Source: an uncultured Candidatus Saccharibacteria bacterium (GTDB lineage: Bacteria > Patescibacteriota > Minisyncoccia > Minisyncoccales > UBA10102). From it: a stretch of DNA of 62,539 nucleotides. The position numbers were made by a program, and so were the translations under genes. The notes beneath the pieces are model-generated. The model searched no databases and was not told the origin of the DNA. It was given only the letters and a program-made list of their open reading frames with translations. Location of the stretch: contig CAYZNF010000007.1 of assembly GCA_964479725.1 (NCBI GenBank), positions 1-62,539 of the forward strand, given 5' to 3'. The number at the start of each line of letters is the position of its first letter. Within the stretch, counting starts at the first letter, position 1. Below, piece by piece: positions 19,053 to 28,221 of the stretch.

Positions 19053-20204
19053 ATGCAAAGGGGAATTGCCACGTTTACGTTAGACACAGGAAAATGCCCT
19101 CCATGGCTTTTTGAGCGTATGGTAAGGCTGGGGCGCGAAATGGCTCGCGTGCTTGTGGAGGAATACGGCCCCGACGAATTTATCAAGCGTATGGCAGATC
19201 CTGTATGGTTCCAGTCGCTTGGGACTGTGCTTGCTTTTGATTGGAATGCATCGGGTTTGACGACGATTTTGACAGCGGCTCTCAAAGAAGCGTTGCGGGG
19301 GCAAGAAAGGCAATACGGTATTTTTATTACCGGAGGCAAAGGAAAAACATCGAGAAAAACTCCCGACCAAATCCAGCAGTGGGGCGAAAGACTGAATATG
19401 TCGCCAGAATACGTGTTTAATTTGCAGTATAATTCAAAGATGGCGGCAAAAGTGGACAGCTCTTTGATTCAGGATGGATACCAGATTTATCATCACACTT
19501 TCTTTTTTTCAATCAATGGTGCGTGGACGGTTGTTCAGCAGGGTATGAACCAGTTAAACCAAACAGCACGGAGGTACCATTGGCATTCTGAAAACGTAAA
19601 AGATTTGGTGCAAGAGCCTCATTCCGGTATTTCTTCCCAGGAGTTTGGAGACAGGGTTTTGAATTTAGTTTCGAAAGACAGCGCGGAAAACCGCAATATT
19701 TCTTCTCAATTGGTAAACGCAAGCTATGACACCCTGCTTAAAGATTTACAGCTTTTGAGAAGACATATGGGTCCTGTTTCAAGCATGGTTTCTGTAAAAA
19801 ATGGCAGGGGAGAACAACTAACGTTGGCAAATTTTAACAGAATAGAATTTAAGCATCATGTCGTAGAGCAGGAGAACTTTTCTAAAAGCAAGTATTTGGA
19901 GCGTATTTTTGCTAAGGTAACCTATCAAAAACCGCAAAATTATGAGCAATTGGTTGCTTTGGAAGGAGTGGGGCCAAAAACAATTCGGGCGTTGGCGTTG
20001 GTGGCCGAACTTATTTACGGAGCGGAGACTTCATATGAAGATCCCGCGCGTTATAGCTTTGCCCATGGAGGGAAAGACGCCACCCCTTATCCCGTTGATA
20101 GGAAAACATATGACCAGACAATAAGCACTTTGCAAAACGCGGTGCGCCGAACCCAATTGGCGCCTTCCGAAAAAGATAAAGCTTTGCGTAGATTGAGTGT
20201 CTAG
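19053..20204 (+). CDS. DUF763 family protein (predicted HhH-containing nucleic-acid enzyme)
   Basis: GKCPPWLFERM, WFQSLGTVLAFDWNASGLTT, LEGVGPKTIRALAL, FAHGGKDATPYPVD. Confidence 0.88.
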   Translation: MQRGIATFTLDTGKCPPWLFERMVRLGREMARVLVEEYGPDEFIKRMADPVWFQSLGTVLAFDWNASGLTTILTAALKEALRGQERQYGIFITGGKGKTSRKTPDQIQQWGERLNMSPEYVFNLQYNSKMAAKVDSSLIQDGYQIYHHTFFFSINGAWTVVQQGMNQLNQTARRYHWHSENVKDLVQEPHSGISSQEFGDRVLNLVSKDSAENRNISSQLVNASYDTLLKDLQLLRRHMGPVSSMVSVKNGRGEQLTLANFNRIEFKHHVVEQENFSKSKYLERIFAKVTYQKPQNYEQLVALEGVGPKTIRALALVAELIYGAETSYEDPARYSFAHGGKDATPYPVDRKTYDQTISTLQNAVRRTQLAPSEKDKALRRLSV

Positions 20205-20339
20205 CGGTGAAAGAATACGCTTTTTATGACACGTTCGCTTGCTCCGGCGGCAAGCTCACTCCATCCTCGGCAAATTTTTGCATAAGCAAAACCAAGCAAT
20301 TTACCTGCGGGGGTCTTTAAAAAACGTATTCTTTCACCG
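20205..20339. mobile_element. MITE/REPIN-like element, 135 bp, 15-bp perfect terminal inverted repeats
   Basis: CGGTGAAAGAATACG ... CGTATTCTTTCACCG, extending imperfectly inward; no ORF inside. Confidence 0.7.
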
Positions 20340-20390
20340 TCGAACTTTATTCGTATAATTTGTGTAAATTAGCGTATTGGCGTCGAATGT

Positions 20391-20822
20391 ATGAAACTTA
20401 TTTTAAACGACAAAAACAAATATATTCTTGCGGTCAGCAAGGGAGAAGAAATACGAGAACAGCTAAAACTATTATGTGAAACGCGAAAAATCGAGGCCGC
20501 GTATTTTTCCATGATAGGGGCAGTAAACGATTTGGAGCTTTGGTGGTATGATATCTTAAAGAAGCGGTACAAAAAGAAAACATTTGCGGAACAGCTTGAG
20601 ATTGTTTCCATGATGGGAAATGTCGGAGTGTTGAAAGAAGAAATAGTTATACATACCCACGGAACATTTTCAGACAAGAATTATAAGGTGTACGGAGGGC
20701 ATGTGAATTACGGTGTTGTGTCTGGGGCGTGCGAGGTGGTTTTGGAAAAGATCGACGGCAAAATTATCCGAGAATATGACGAAGAAGCAGGTCTTAATTT
20801 GATGTGCCAAACGGTTGTATGA
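20391..20822 (+). CDS. PPC/DUF296 domain protein
   Basis: GEEIREQL, IGAVND, LEIVSMMGNV, HTHGTFSD, YGGHV, ACEVV. Confidence 0.88.
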   Translation: MKLILNDKNKYILAVSKGEEIREQLKLLCETRKIEAAYFSMIGAVNDLELWWYDILKKRYKKKTFAEQLEIVSMMGNVGVLKEEIVIHTHGTFSDKNYKVYGGHVNYGVVSGACEVVLEKIDGKIIREYDEEAGLNLMCQTVV

Positions 20823-21478
20823 AAATTTCGATAAACATTTCAATCAATACGATCATAAGGTTTTTGATTACAAGCGATCTTGCCCTTTCGACCGGCTGGG
20901 GATTTATTGCCCCTATTTTCGCGATTTTCTTGACCCAGCAGATTGTTGGGGGCGATGCCAGAGTTGCAGGGTTTGCCGCGGGACTCTACTGGATAGTCAA
21001 GTCTATTGTCCAGCCGTTCGTTGCGCGATATTTGGATAAAAACCACGGAGAAATAGACGACTTTTATTTCCTTGTAGGAGGACTTTTTATTTCTGCCATT
21101 GTGCCGCTGGGATATTTATTTATAACATTGCCCTGGCAGTTGTATGCCGTGGAAACTGTCCATGCATTGGCTATGGCTTGCGTTGTGCCGACATGGGCAG
21201 GTATTTTTACCCGTCATATTGATAAAGGCCAGGAAGCCTTTGAATGGAGTGTTGAAAGCACGGGCTTGGGGTTTGGAGCGGGAGTAGCGGGGATTCTTGG
21301 GGGAATTTTGGCTGCAAGCTTTGGATTCCAATTTGTATTTATCCTTGTAAGCATGTTTACCATGCTATCTGTTATAATTCTTTTCCCGATTCGTCCCTTG
21401 ATTATTCCAAAGGGACATCGCCTGGTACGCCCTGCGCTCAAAAAGCCTCCTTTTGCCGACGAAAAAGGATCGTTTTAA
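20819..21478 (+). CDS. Half-size (6-TM) MFS-type transporter
   Basis: VARYLDKNHGE loop motif; six hydrophobic segments; ATGA overlap. Confidence 0.8.
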   Translation: MKISINISINTIIRFLITSDLALSTGWGFIAPIFAIFLTQQIVGGDARVAGFAAGLYWIVKSIVQPFVARYLDKNHGEIDDFYFLVGGLFISAIVPLGYLFITLPWQLYAVETVHALAMACVVPTWAGIFTRHIDKGQEAFEWSVESTGLGFGAGVAGILGGILAASFGFQFVFILVSMFTMLSVIILFPIRPLIIPKGHRLVRPALKKPPFADEKGSF

Positions 21479-21526
21479 GAATTCCTGCCCCGGACAACGG
21501 ATTCCTTCGGGGAGTCTGCCGGCTTA

Positions 21527-21871
21527 TTATTTATAAAAAATTACGTTTGCCAACATGTATTCTCCGTCATGGGAAATTGAAAGTTCATGCTTCCACTTTG
21601 ACGAGGATTTTTTACCGTTCGGAAATTTTGCAATATAGGGTTTCCCGTTTTCTTCGTACAGTATTTTTATTTCCAGCCATTTTCCAGGAAGAATGCCAAG
21701 CGCCTTTATTGCCGCTTCTTTCGCGGCAAAAATGCTGGCAAGACGCTGTACTTTTGCGTACTCGATTTCTTCAGGGTAAAAAGCAGTTTCAACAAAATGT
21801 TCCTTGTTTGCCTTTAGAGCTTTCTCAAAGGCGGGAATATACACCAAATCAGATCCTAATTTGATATTCAT
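21527..21871 (-). CDS. acpS: Holo-ACP synthase (4'-phosphopantetheinyl transferase)
   Basis: LGSDLV, FYPEE, FAAKEAAIKALG, NGKP, LSISHDGEY. Confidence 0.88.
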   Translation of the reverse strand: MNIKLGSDLVYIPAFEKALKANKEHFVETAFYPEEIEYAKVQRLASIFAAKEAAIKALGILPGKWLEIKILYEENGKPYIAKFPNGKKSSSKWKHELSISHDGEYMLANVIFYK

Positions 21872-21911
21872 AAATGTATCATATCCCATGTGGAGCCGGA
21901 AGCGCAAACTC

Positions 21912-21940
21912 TTGCATTTGTATTAAAATTGTGGTATAAT
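21912..21940 (+). promoter_or_regulatory. Sigma70-type promoter with extended -10
   Basis: TTGCAT-N17-TATAAT preceded by TG. Confidence 0.75.
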
Positions 21941-21967
21941 AAATCTACAAGGCGTGAGGAGGAAGAA

Positions 21968-22156
21968 ATGCAAATAGAGTTCTTTTGGTTTTCGGTCGCT
22001 TGTACTGCTTTTGCGGCGCTGTTTATTTGTGTAATTGTACGCGATGTACGACGAAAACAACTTTCTGCAGGGATTCTGCTGATGGGTATACTAGTGAATG
22101 CTCTGGTGCTCTATATGTATTTTCTGTTCATTTTCGATTTTCTGCGGCCAGGATAG
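21968..22156 (+). CDS. Small 2-TM membrane protein (62 aa)
   Basis: GAGGAGG RBS, consensus promoter upstream, hairpin GGCCAGCTC...GAGCTGGCC downstream. Confidence 0.65.
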   Translation: MQIEFFWFSVACTAFAALFICVIVRDVRRKQLSAGILLMGILVNALVLYMYFLFIFDFLRPG

Positions 22157-22229
22157 ATTGGCAAGGCCAGCTCCATATGAGCTGGCCGCTTTGTTTTATA
22201 GAATGGCAAGGTGTAGTACAATAGTAGCT

Positions 22230-23003
22230 ATGGCACAGTATTATTTTGGCAAACGCACGAGAAATGTGTATGATCCTTCCTCCAGAGAGCCTTATGCTTT
22301 GAGCAGATCGCGATTGGAAACATTTTTGAATTGTCCTCGATGTTTTTATGTTGACAGGCGATTGGGTGTGGACAAGCCACCCGGGTATCCTTTTAGCTTA
22401 AACTCTGCCGTTGACGCTTTGCTCAAGAAAGAATTTGATGTACATAGGTTAAAACAGACAAAGCATCCGCTAATGGAAGCATACGGCGTTGACGCCGTGC
22501 CCTTTGATCATGAGAATATCAACGAGTGGCGGGAAAATTTCAAGGGCGTGCAGTATTTGCACAAGCCCACCAATTTTTTGGTTACCGGCGCCGTTGATGA
22601 TATTTGGGTAAACCCAGAAGGGGAGTTGATTGTGGTGGATTACAAATCCACAAGCAAAAACGGGGAAGTGAATATTGATGCCGAATGGCAGAAAGCCTAC
22701 AAAAACCAGATGGAAATTTACCAATGGTTATTGCGCCGGAACGGTTTTTCTGTTTCAGCCACAGGATATTTTGTATATGTAAACGGAAAAACAGATGTGG
22801 CGGCTTTTGACGGCAAGCTTGAGTTCGACGTAAAACTTATACCTTACACCGGTGATGATTCGTGGGTAGAAGATGCCTTGGCAAAGGCAAAAGAATGCCT
22901 TATGGGTGCCGTTCTTCCTCCAATGAACGGGACTTGCGACTATTGTTTGTATATTAAATCTATAGCAGAAGTTTTGCGCCCCTTTGCCAAGAAAACCGCT
23001 TAG
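22230..23003 (+). CDS. PD-(D/E)XK nuclease, RecB/AddB/Cas4-like with Fe-S cysteines
   Basis: LSRSRL...CPRCFY; GAVDDIW, VVDYKST, QMEIY; C-terminal CDYC. Confidence 0.88.
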   Translation: MAQYYFGKRTRNVYDPSSREPYALSRSRLETFLNCPRCFYVDRRLGVDKPPGYPFSLNSAVDALLKKEFDVHRLKQTKHPLMEAYGVDAVPFDHENINEWRENFKGVQYLHKPTNFLVTGAVDDIWVNPEGELIVVDYKSTSKNGEVNIDAEWQKAYKNQMEIYQWLLRRNGFSVSATGYFVYVNGKTDVAAFDGKLEFDVKLIPYTGDDSWVEDALAKAKECLMGAVLPPMNGTCDYCLYIKSIAEVLRPFAKKTA

Positions 23004-23076
23004 CTTAGCTAAGCAGTACATCCCATATTGATTTTTGCAGAAGAGAATGCTGTAGTATGGGCAGAGGGGGTGTATC

Positions 23077-23250
23077 ATGACTAAATTTTGGTTCAAGGGG
23101 TGCAAGCACTGCGGGGGCGACCTGTACGAGGTTTCCGACCTTGGCGAGCGCTACGTCAAGTGCCTGCAGTGCGCCCGAGGGGTGTACGACACGGAAGATA
23201 TAAAGGGCGCAGTAAAACAAACAGGCAAGAAGGGCAAGAAAGCGGCCTAA
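23077..23250 (+). CDS. Small Zn-ribbon protein (57 aa), not in the ORF track
   Basis: Manual translation MTKFWFKGCKHCGGDLYEVSDLGERYVKCLQCARGVYDTEDIKGAVKQTGKKGKKAA; GAGGGGGTG RBS. Confidence 0.75.
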   Translation: MTKFWFKGCKHCGGDLYEVSDLGERYVKCLQCARGVYDTEDIKGAVKQTGKKGKKAA

Positions 23251-23370
23251 TTGCGTCTCTTGCCCAGGTAATTCGGCTCGGTGCGCGTTTCGCGTTCCGA
23301 GCCGTTTCATTGCGTAAAAAACGGGTATAGTCTATTCTTGAGATACAGCTAGTCTAGAGGGGAGGGAGTT

Positions 23371-23625
23371 ATGCTTTGGCCAAAGAGTTGTCCTAGATGC
23401 GGGCGAGGGGACTTGCGTACCGCAGAGCAGGCCCCCAGGGATTGGGATGTCATTTGTCAGCAATGCGGTCATCACCTTACTCAAGAAGAGCTGGTGAATT
23501 TGGTCAGAGGATTTTCCGGCGACAGAGCCGCTCCTAGTATCGCTGGAAAGGTTCCTCGCGAAGGCCATCACATCGGAAAAATGAAAACAAGAGGAGTGCC
23601 AAGATCTAAACTCAAAGCAAGCTAA
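23371..23625 (+). CDS. Small Zn-ribbon protein, paralogue of 23077
   Basis: W.K.CxxC..GDL...CxQC; GGAGGGAG RBS; TTGCGT-N17-TATTCT promoter candidate. Confidence 0.72.
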   Translation: MLWPKSCPRCGRGDLRTAEQAPRDWDVICQQCGHHLTQEELVNLVRGFSGDRAAPSIAGKVPREGHHIGKMKTRGVPRSKLKAS

Positions 23626-23717
23626 GCTGGGCTTGCAAGAGAAATCTTGCCCGATACGCTTTGAACGTGTCGGGCGTTTGTTTGACACTACTGAATAGAA
23701 GTACGTATAATAGCAGT

Positions 23718-23984
23718 ATGGAAGCGAACAATGGAAAAGACATAACAATTGAGGATCTGGCGGGGATGATCCAGAGAGGCTTTGAAGAAACTGCCAAGAA
23801 AGCAGATATGGATGCGCAATTCGCGGAAGTATACGCTCAATTCGCTGCTGTTGATAATCGCTTTCATGGCATCGAACAGAGATTGGAAAGAATTGAAAAT
23901 CTTTTGATTGATGACCATCAGCATCGCATTGCAAAACTCGAAGAGGATGTTAGAGTTCTCAAGGATGCGCTGAATATGAAATAA
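23718..23984 (+). CDS. Small coiled-coil hypothetical protein
   Basis: TIEDLAGMIQRGF...RIAKLEE; TTGACA-N18-TATAAT ends 6 nt upstream of the ATG. Confidence 0.75.
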   Translation: MEANNGKDITIEDLAGMIQRGFEETAKKADMDAQFAEVYAQFAAVDNRFHGIEQRLERIENLLIDDHQHRIAKLEEDVRVLKDALNMK

Positions 23985-24058
23985 TAGGCGGATGGTTAAT
24001 TGATAAGTATTTCTGCCCTAATGGGGCAGTTTTTTAATATCAATGTATAATGGAAGCA

Positions 24059-27000
24059 ATGGATGGAAAAAAGACGACCGGAAAATTTGAGGAACTCTAC
24101 GCAAAGCTCAATCCGGAGCAAAAAGAAGCTGTAGATACGATTGAGGGGTCTGTAATGGTTATCGCGGGTCCTGGGACAGGCAAGACCCATGTTTTGACAT
24201 TGCGTATCGCAAAAATACTTCTTGAGGCCGATGTTAATCCGGAAAATATTTTGGCGTTAACATTCACCGATGCCGCGGCATATGAAATGAAGCGGCGTCT
24301 CGGAGAAATTATCGGCGGGTCTGCCGCCCATGGGGTGGAAATTTTTACTTTCCACGCTTTTTGCAACGATATTATACAGCAGAATCCTGAAGATTTTCCT
24401 GAAATTATCGGATCGGTTCCTGTTGGAAACCCCGATCGCGTGCGCTTGGCCAGGGAAATTTTAGAAAAGGGCAAGTTTAGCCTTTTGCGGCCATTTGGCT
24501 CTCCTTTGTATTACGTATATCCTTTGCTAAAAATCGTGAGCGATTTGAAGCGAGAAGGAATCGCGAAGGAGGCTTTTGAAAAAATGGTGCAAAGGCAGGA
24601 AGAGCAATTCCAGGCCAACGACGAATTGTTTTACGCCAACGGCATACGCCAGGGAGAATTAAAGAGCAAATACAAAAGTTTGGAGAGGCAGGTTGCGAAA
24701 AATAAAGAAGTGGCTGTGTTTTATGCTATGTACCAAGAAGCGTTGGCCGCGCACGGGTTTTACGATTATGATGACATGATCTTGAAAGTGGTGGAGCGAC
24801 TTTCTGCGGATGAAGATTTGCTTGTGTCGTTGCAGGAACGTTATCATTATATTCTGGCCGATGAACACCAGGACGTGAACAATGCCCAAAATACGGTTTT
24901 GGAGTTTTTATGCAATTATTCTGACGCGCCAAACCTGTTTATTGTAGGCGATGAAAAGCAGGCGATTTTTCGTTTCCAGGGAGCGTCGCTTGAGAATTTT
25001 TTATATTTCCAAAAAAGGTATCCTAACGCAAAAATTATAAGGCTGTGGCGCAATTATCGGTCTTCCCAAAATATTTTGGACGCCGCTTCCGCGTTGATGG
25101 CGCAGGAAAAAAAGTTTTTGGTTGCCGAAGGCAAAAATGATATTGAGGCAAAGATACGAGTATATGGGCTTTCGAATGAGAGTGAGGAAATGGGCTTTTT
25201 GGCAAATGCCATTAAAGAAAAAATTAGTGGGGGAGCCAGCGCCAAGGAAATTGCGGTGCTGTATAGGGACAATAAAGACGCTGAACCCGTATCCTTTGCT
25301 TTAAAGCGGGCTGGATTGTCGTTTGCGATTGAAGCTGATGAAGAAATTTTGGCTGACGAAGATATTGAAAAAATAATTGACATACTCCAGGCAATTGGCG
25401 ACTTTGGGAATGAAAATTTGCTTATTAAGATATTGCATATAGATTTTCTCAATATTCTGCCATTGGAATTTTATAAGCTTGTGAGGTGGGCGAAGGAACA
25501 GCGCAAAAATTTGTATGATGTTCTTGAGAACGTAGAGAAAATTGACTCTTTGGGTGAAAGTTCAAAGAAAAAAATACATGAGTTGTACGACAAACTTTCG
25601 AGCTGGAGCTCAAAAAGCCATTATACTTCTTTGCTTGAATTGGCGGAAGAAGTCATGCGAGAATCGGGGTTTTTAAAAGAAATGCTTTCCCGCCAAAATT
25701 CACCGCAAAAATTGGCTAAAGCCCGTAGGCTTTTGCATTTCATACAATCCTTGCTTGGGAGACATAGGCAATATAAGCTTTCCGAATTTTTGGAATATTT
25801 ACCCATTTTGAAAGAAGGAGGAATTTCCTTGAAACAAGGGCCATCAGCGCTGGAAGCAAGCGAAGGAGTGCGTTTGATGACAGCGCACAAGTCAAAAGGG
25901 CGCGAGTTTGATTATGTTTTTATTATTAAAGCGAACCAGGGCAAATGGGGAGGCAAGAGAATGCCAAAGCAATTTACTTTGCCCGCTGACACCAGGCTTG
26001 CTTCATCCATGGAGGAAGATGATGAAGAAAGAAAACTGTTTTTTGTGGCGCTTACGAGAGCGAGAAAAGAAGTGATAATTTCTTTTGCAAAAGAGAACGA
26101 TGAGGGAAGAATGCAGCTACCCAGCCGGTTTCTTGAAGAACTGGGGGACGGGATAAAAATAGTAGAAAATGTGCCAACGAAAGCACAATCCGTGAAAGAG
26201 GAGATATTGCTTCGAGATATAAAAGAGCCAAAAAAGCCGCCATTGGAGGACAAGAAATTTTTGAGAGAAACTTTTTTAGGCAAGCCCTTTTCCGCAACGG
26301 CGCTTAATAATTATATTGAATGCCCTTGGAAGTATTTTTATATAAATCTTGTGGGGATTCCTGTTGTACGTACAAAATTCCAGGCGTATGGGACAGCGGT
26401 GCATGAAACTCTCAAGGATTTTTTTGACGCTTTTAAGAAAGATGGCGACACGACAAAAGAATATTTACTGTCGCGTTTCGACAGGCAACTTTCAAAGCAA
26501 ATGCTCAACGAGGAAGACTTTAATCGTCTTGAGGAACGAGGAAAGAAAAGCCTTTCAGGATACTATGATTTTTATTATCCTGTCTGGATTAAAAATACCC
26601 TTAACGAATTTATCATTCCCGAAGTTGCGCTTGATGCGAATACTCAACTGACGGGGAAATTGGACAAGATAGAGATTTTGCCAGATGGCTTGCTGATTAA
26701 CGTGGTGGACTATAAAGCGGCCAAGCCTTTATCCCGCAACCAAATTGAGGGAAGGGTGGGCAACGCAAATGGCCCGCCTAGACTCGCTGGCGAGGCTAGC
26801 GCTTATAAGAGACAGCTCGTGTTTTACAAACTGCTTGTGGACAAATTTTTTGCAGGCAAATATAAAATGGTTTCGGCTGAACTCGATTTTATTGAGCCAA
26901 ATGAAAGGGGATACTACAAAAAAGAGCGGTTTGAAATTACTGCAGGCGAAGTGAAGGAATTGGAGGAATTAATTAAGAAAGTAGTAGGGGAGATCATGAA

Positions 27001-27088
27001 TTTCGCTTTCTGGGATAAATCTTGCGGTGTCAAGGACTGCCAATTCTGTGCTTTGCGGCAAGCAGGAATGCCTCATATTTCCGCTTGA
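24059..27088 (+). CDS. UvrD/Rep SF1 helicase fused to C-terminal PD-(D/E)XK nuclease (AddA/AdnA-like)
   Basis: AGPGTGKT, ILADEHQD, VGDEKQAIFRFQGA, NYRS, MTAHKSKGREF, FFVALTRA; GKLDKIE/VVDYK; CPW...C..CQFC. Confidence 0.93.
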   Translation: MDGKKTTGKFEELYAKLNPEQKEAVDTIEGSVMVIAGPGTGKTHVLTLRIAKILLEADVNPENILALTFTDAAAYEMKRRLGEIIGGSAAHGVEIFTFHAFCNDIIQQNPEDFPEIIGSVPVGNPDRVRLAREILEKGKFSLLRPFGSPLYYVYPLLKIVSDLKREGIAKEAFEKMVQRQEEQFQANDELFYANGIRQGELKSKYKSLERQVAKNKEVAVFYAMYQEALAAHGFYDYDDMILKVVERLSADEDLLVSLQERYHYILADEHQDVNNAQNTVLEFLCNYSDAPNLFIVGDEKQAIFRFQGASLENFLYFQKRYPNAKIIRLWRNYRSSQNILDAASALMAQEKKFLVAEGKNDIEAKIRVYGLSNESEEMGFLANAIKEKISGGASAKEIAVLYRDNKDAEPVSFALKRAGLSFAIEADEEILADEDIEKIIDILQAIGDFGNENLLIKILHIDFLNILPLEFYKLVRWAKEQRKNLYDVLENVEKIDSLGESSKKKIHELYDKLSSWSSKSHYTSLLELAEEVMRESGFLKEMLSRQNSPQKLAKARRLLHFIQSLLGRHRQYKLSEFLEYLPILKEGGISLKQGPSALEASEGVRLMTAHKSKGREFDYVFIIKANQGKWGGKRMPKQFTLPADTRLASSMEEDDEERKLFFVALTRARKEVIISFAKENDEGRMQLPSRFLEELGDGIKIVENVPTKAQSVKEEILLRDIKEPKKPPLEDKKFLRETFLGKPFSATALNNYIECPWKYFYINLVGIPVVRTKFQAYGTAVHETLKDFFDAFKKDGDTTKEYLLSRFDRQLSKQMLNEEDFNRLEERGKKSLSGYYDFYYPVWIKNTLNEFIIPEVALDANTQLTGKLDKIEILPDGLLINVVDYKAAKPLSRNQIEGRVGNANGPPRLAGEASAYKRQLVFYKLLVDKFFAGKYKMVSAELDFIEPNERGYYKKERFEITAGEVKELEELIKKVVGEIMNFAFWDKSCGVKDCQFCALRQAGMPHISA
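26773..26800. repeat. Imperfect GC-rich hairpin inserted in frame in the helicase-nuclease gene
   Basis: CCCGCCTAGACTCGCTGGCGAGGCTAGC encodes PPRLAGEAS just before YKRQLVFY. Confidence 0.6.
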
Positions 27089-27177
27089 CATAGCCCGCAT
27101 ACTGTTTTGTTCGCTCGACAGAGGGAAGGAGTTTTGCTAATGTAAGGGCGATCCGGCAAACGGAGAAGGAGGGAGAG

Positions 27178-28110
27178 ATGCTGATTCTAGTGCTTGGCTT
27201 GCTCGGGATTACGTCAACTGGCTCCCAATTGAGCCAGAAAGTTGTCGTGAGCAGGCTCCCGCTGGGCTTTGCCTTTCTTCTGCAGGCGATCATTGTGTCG
27301 CTTGCGGGGATGGCGATCTCATGGATTTCGGGTGGGCTGCGCTTTGACGCCGCTCTGCTGTGGATTACTGGGTTGGGATTTGTCCACTCTGTGGCTATTT
27401 GGAGCAGGTGGAACGCGTACAAGGACACCCTGGGCGACACGGCGCTGATGCTCCCCATGGGGGCGGCGTTCGGCACCCTGCTCGCCATTTTTGTGGCAGG
27501 GGAGTTCGCGCGATACGCCGAGAAGCCGGTGCTTATTGGCGGATTTGCGCTTATGTTGGTTGCCATGTTCCTGCTGGCACGGGAACGCGACGCCGAAAGG
27601 AAAGGACGTGTTCGCTGGGGACGCAAAGTTGCCATTGCGGTAATCCTGCTTGGGGTTACCGTGGTTGGCATTAAGGTAGCGGCCCTGGGCTTTCATGTGT
27701 CCATGTTGGGCCTTGAAATGGAGCGGTCGCGTATGGCCTTTGGACAGTTCATTCCGTATTTCTCGGCCGGGTATTTGCTCTTTGCGTTCCTGGTGGCCGC
27801 GAAAACGCTCATTTCCCAGGGAGGGTTGCACGGCTTCTTGCCAGCCAAAGGAGCATGGACGGGTGTGGTGATGACGGCATTTGCCGTTTCGGCGGCAGTG
27901 TATGTCTTCACTGCATTTGCCATGTTCTACGCCTTTGGCCAGGGCGCTCTGGTTGTCCTGACTGAAGGCGCGCGAACCCTTCCCTCCACAGTTATTTCGG
28001 TTGTACTGGGGAAGATCCAGTACCGCGAATGGGGCGTCTTGACAAGGCCCAGGATGGCAGCGTTTGCCGCGGGGAGCGTGGGCATACTGCTCCTCGTGGT
28101 TGGACGGTAG
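27178..28110 (+). CDS. ~10-TM membrane protein (DMT/EamA-like), GC-richer than neighbours
   Basis: Hydrophobic throughout; strong GGAGGGAG RBS; TTGACA upstream; own terminator. Confidence 0.7.
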   Translation: MLILVLGLLGITSTGSQLSQKVVVSRLPLGFAFLLQAIIVSLAGMAISWISGGLRFDAALLWITGLGFVHSVAIWSRWNAYKDTLGDTALMLPMGAAFGTLLAIFVAGEFARYAEKPVLIGGFALMLVAMFLLARERDAERKGRVRWGRKVAIAVILLGVTVVGIKVAALGFHVSMLGLEMERSRMAFGQFIPYFSAGYLLFAFLVAAKTLISQGGLHGFLPAKGAWTGVVMTAFAVSAAVYVFTAFAMFYAFGQGALVVLTEGARTLPSTVISVVLGKIQYREWGVLTRPRMAAFAAGSVGILLLVVGR

Positions 28111-28117
28111 GGAGTAT

Positions 28118-28160
28118 GTGCGTGCGGGAGATGGTGCGAAAGCGCCACTCCCGCACGCAC
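28118..28160 (+). terminator. Long hairpin with GAAA tetraloop
   Basis: GTGCGTGCGGGAG-a-TGGTGC-GAAA-GCGCCA-CTCCCGCACGCAC, then TTATTTTT. Confidence 0.75.
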
Positions 28161-28221
28161 GTTATTTTTAAATGGACAGAAACAAAAAAAGCCGTTAGAA
28201 TTACGGGCAGATTACTATACT

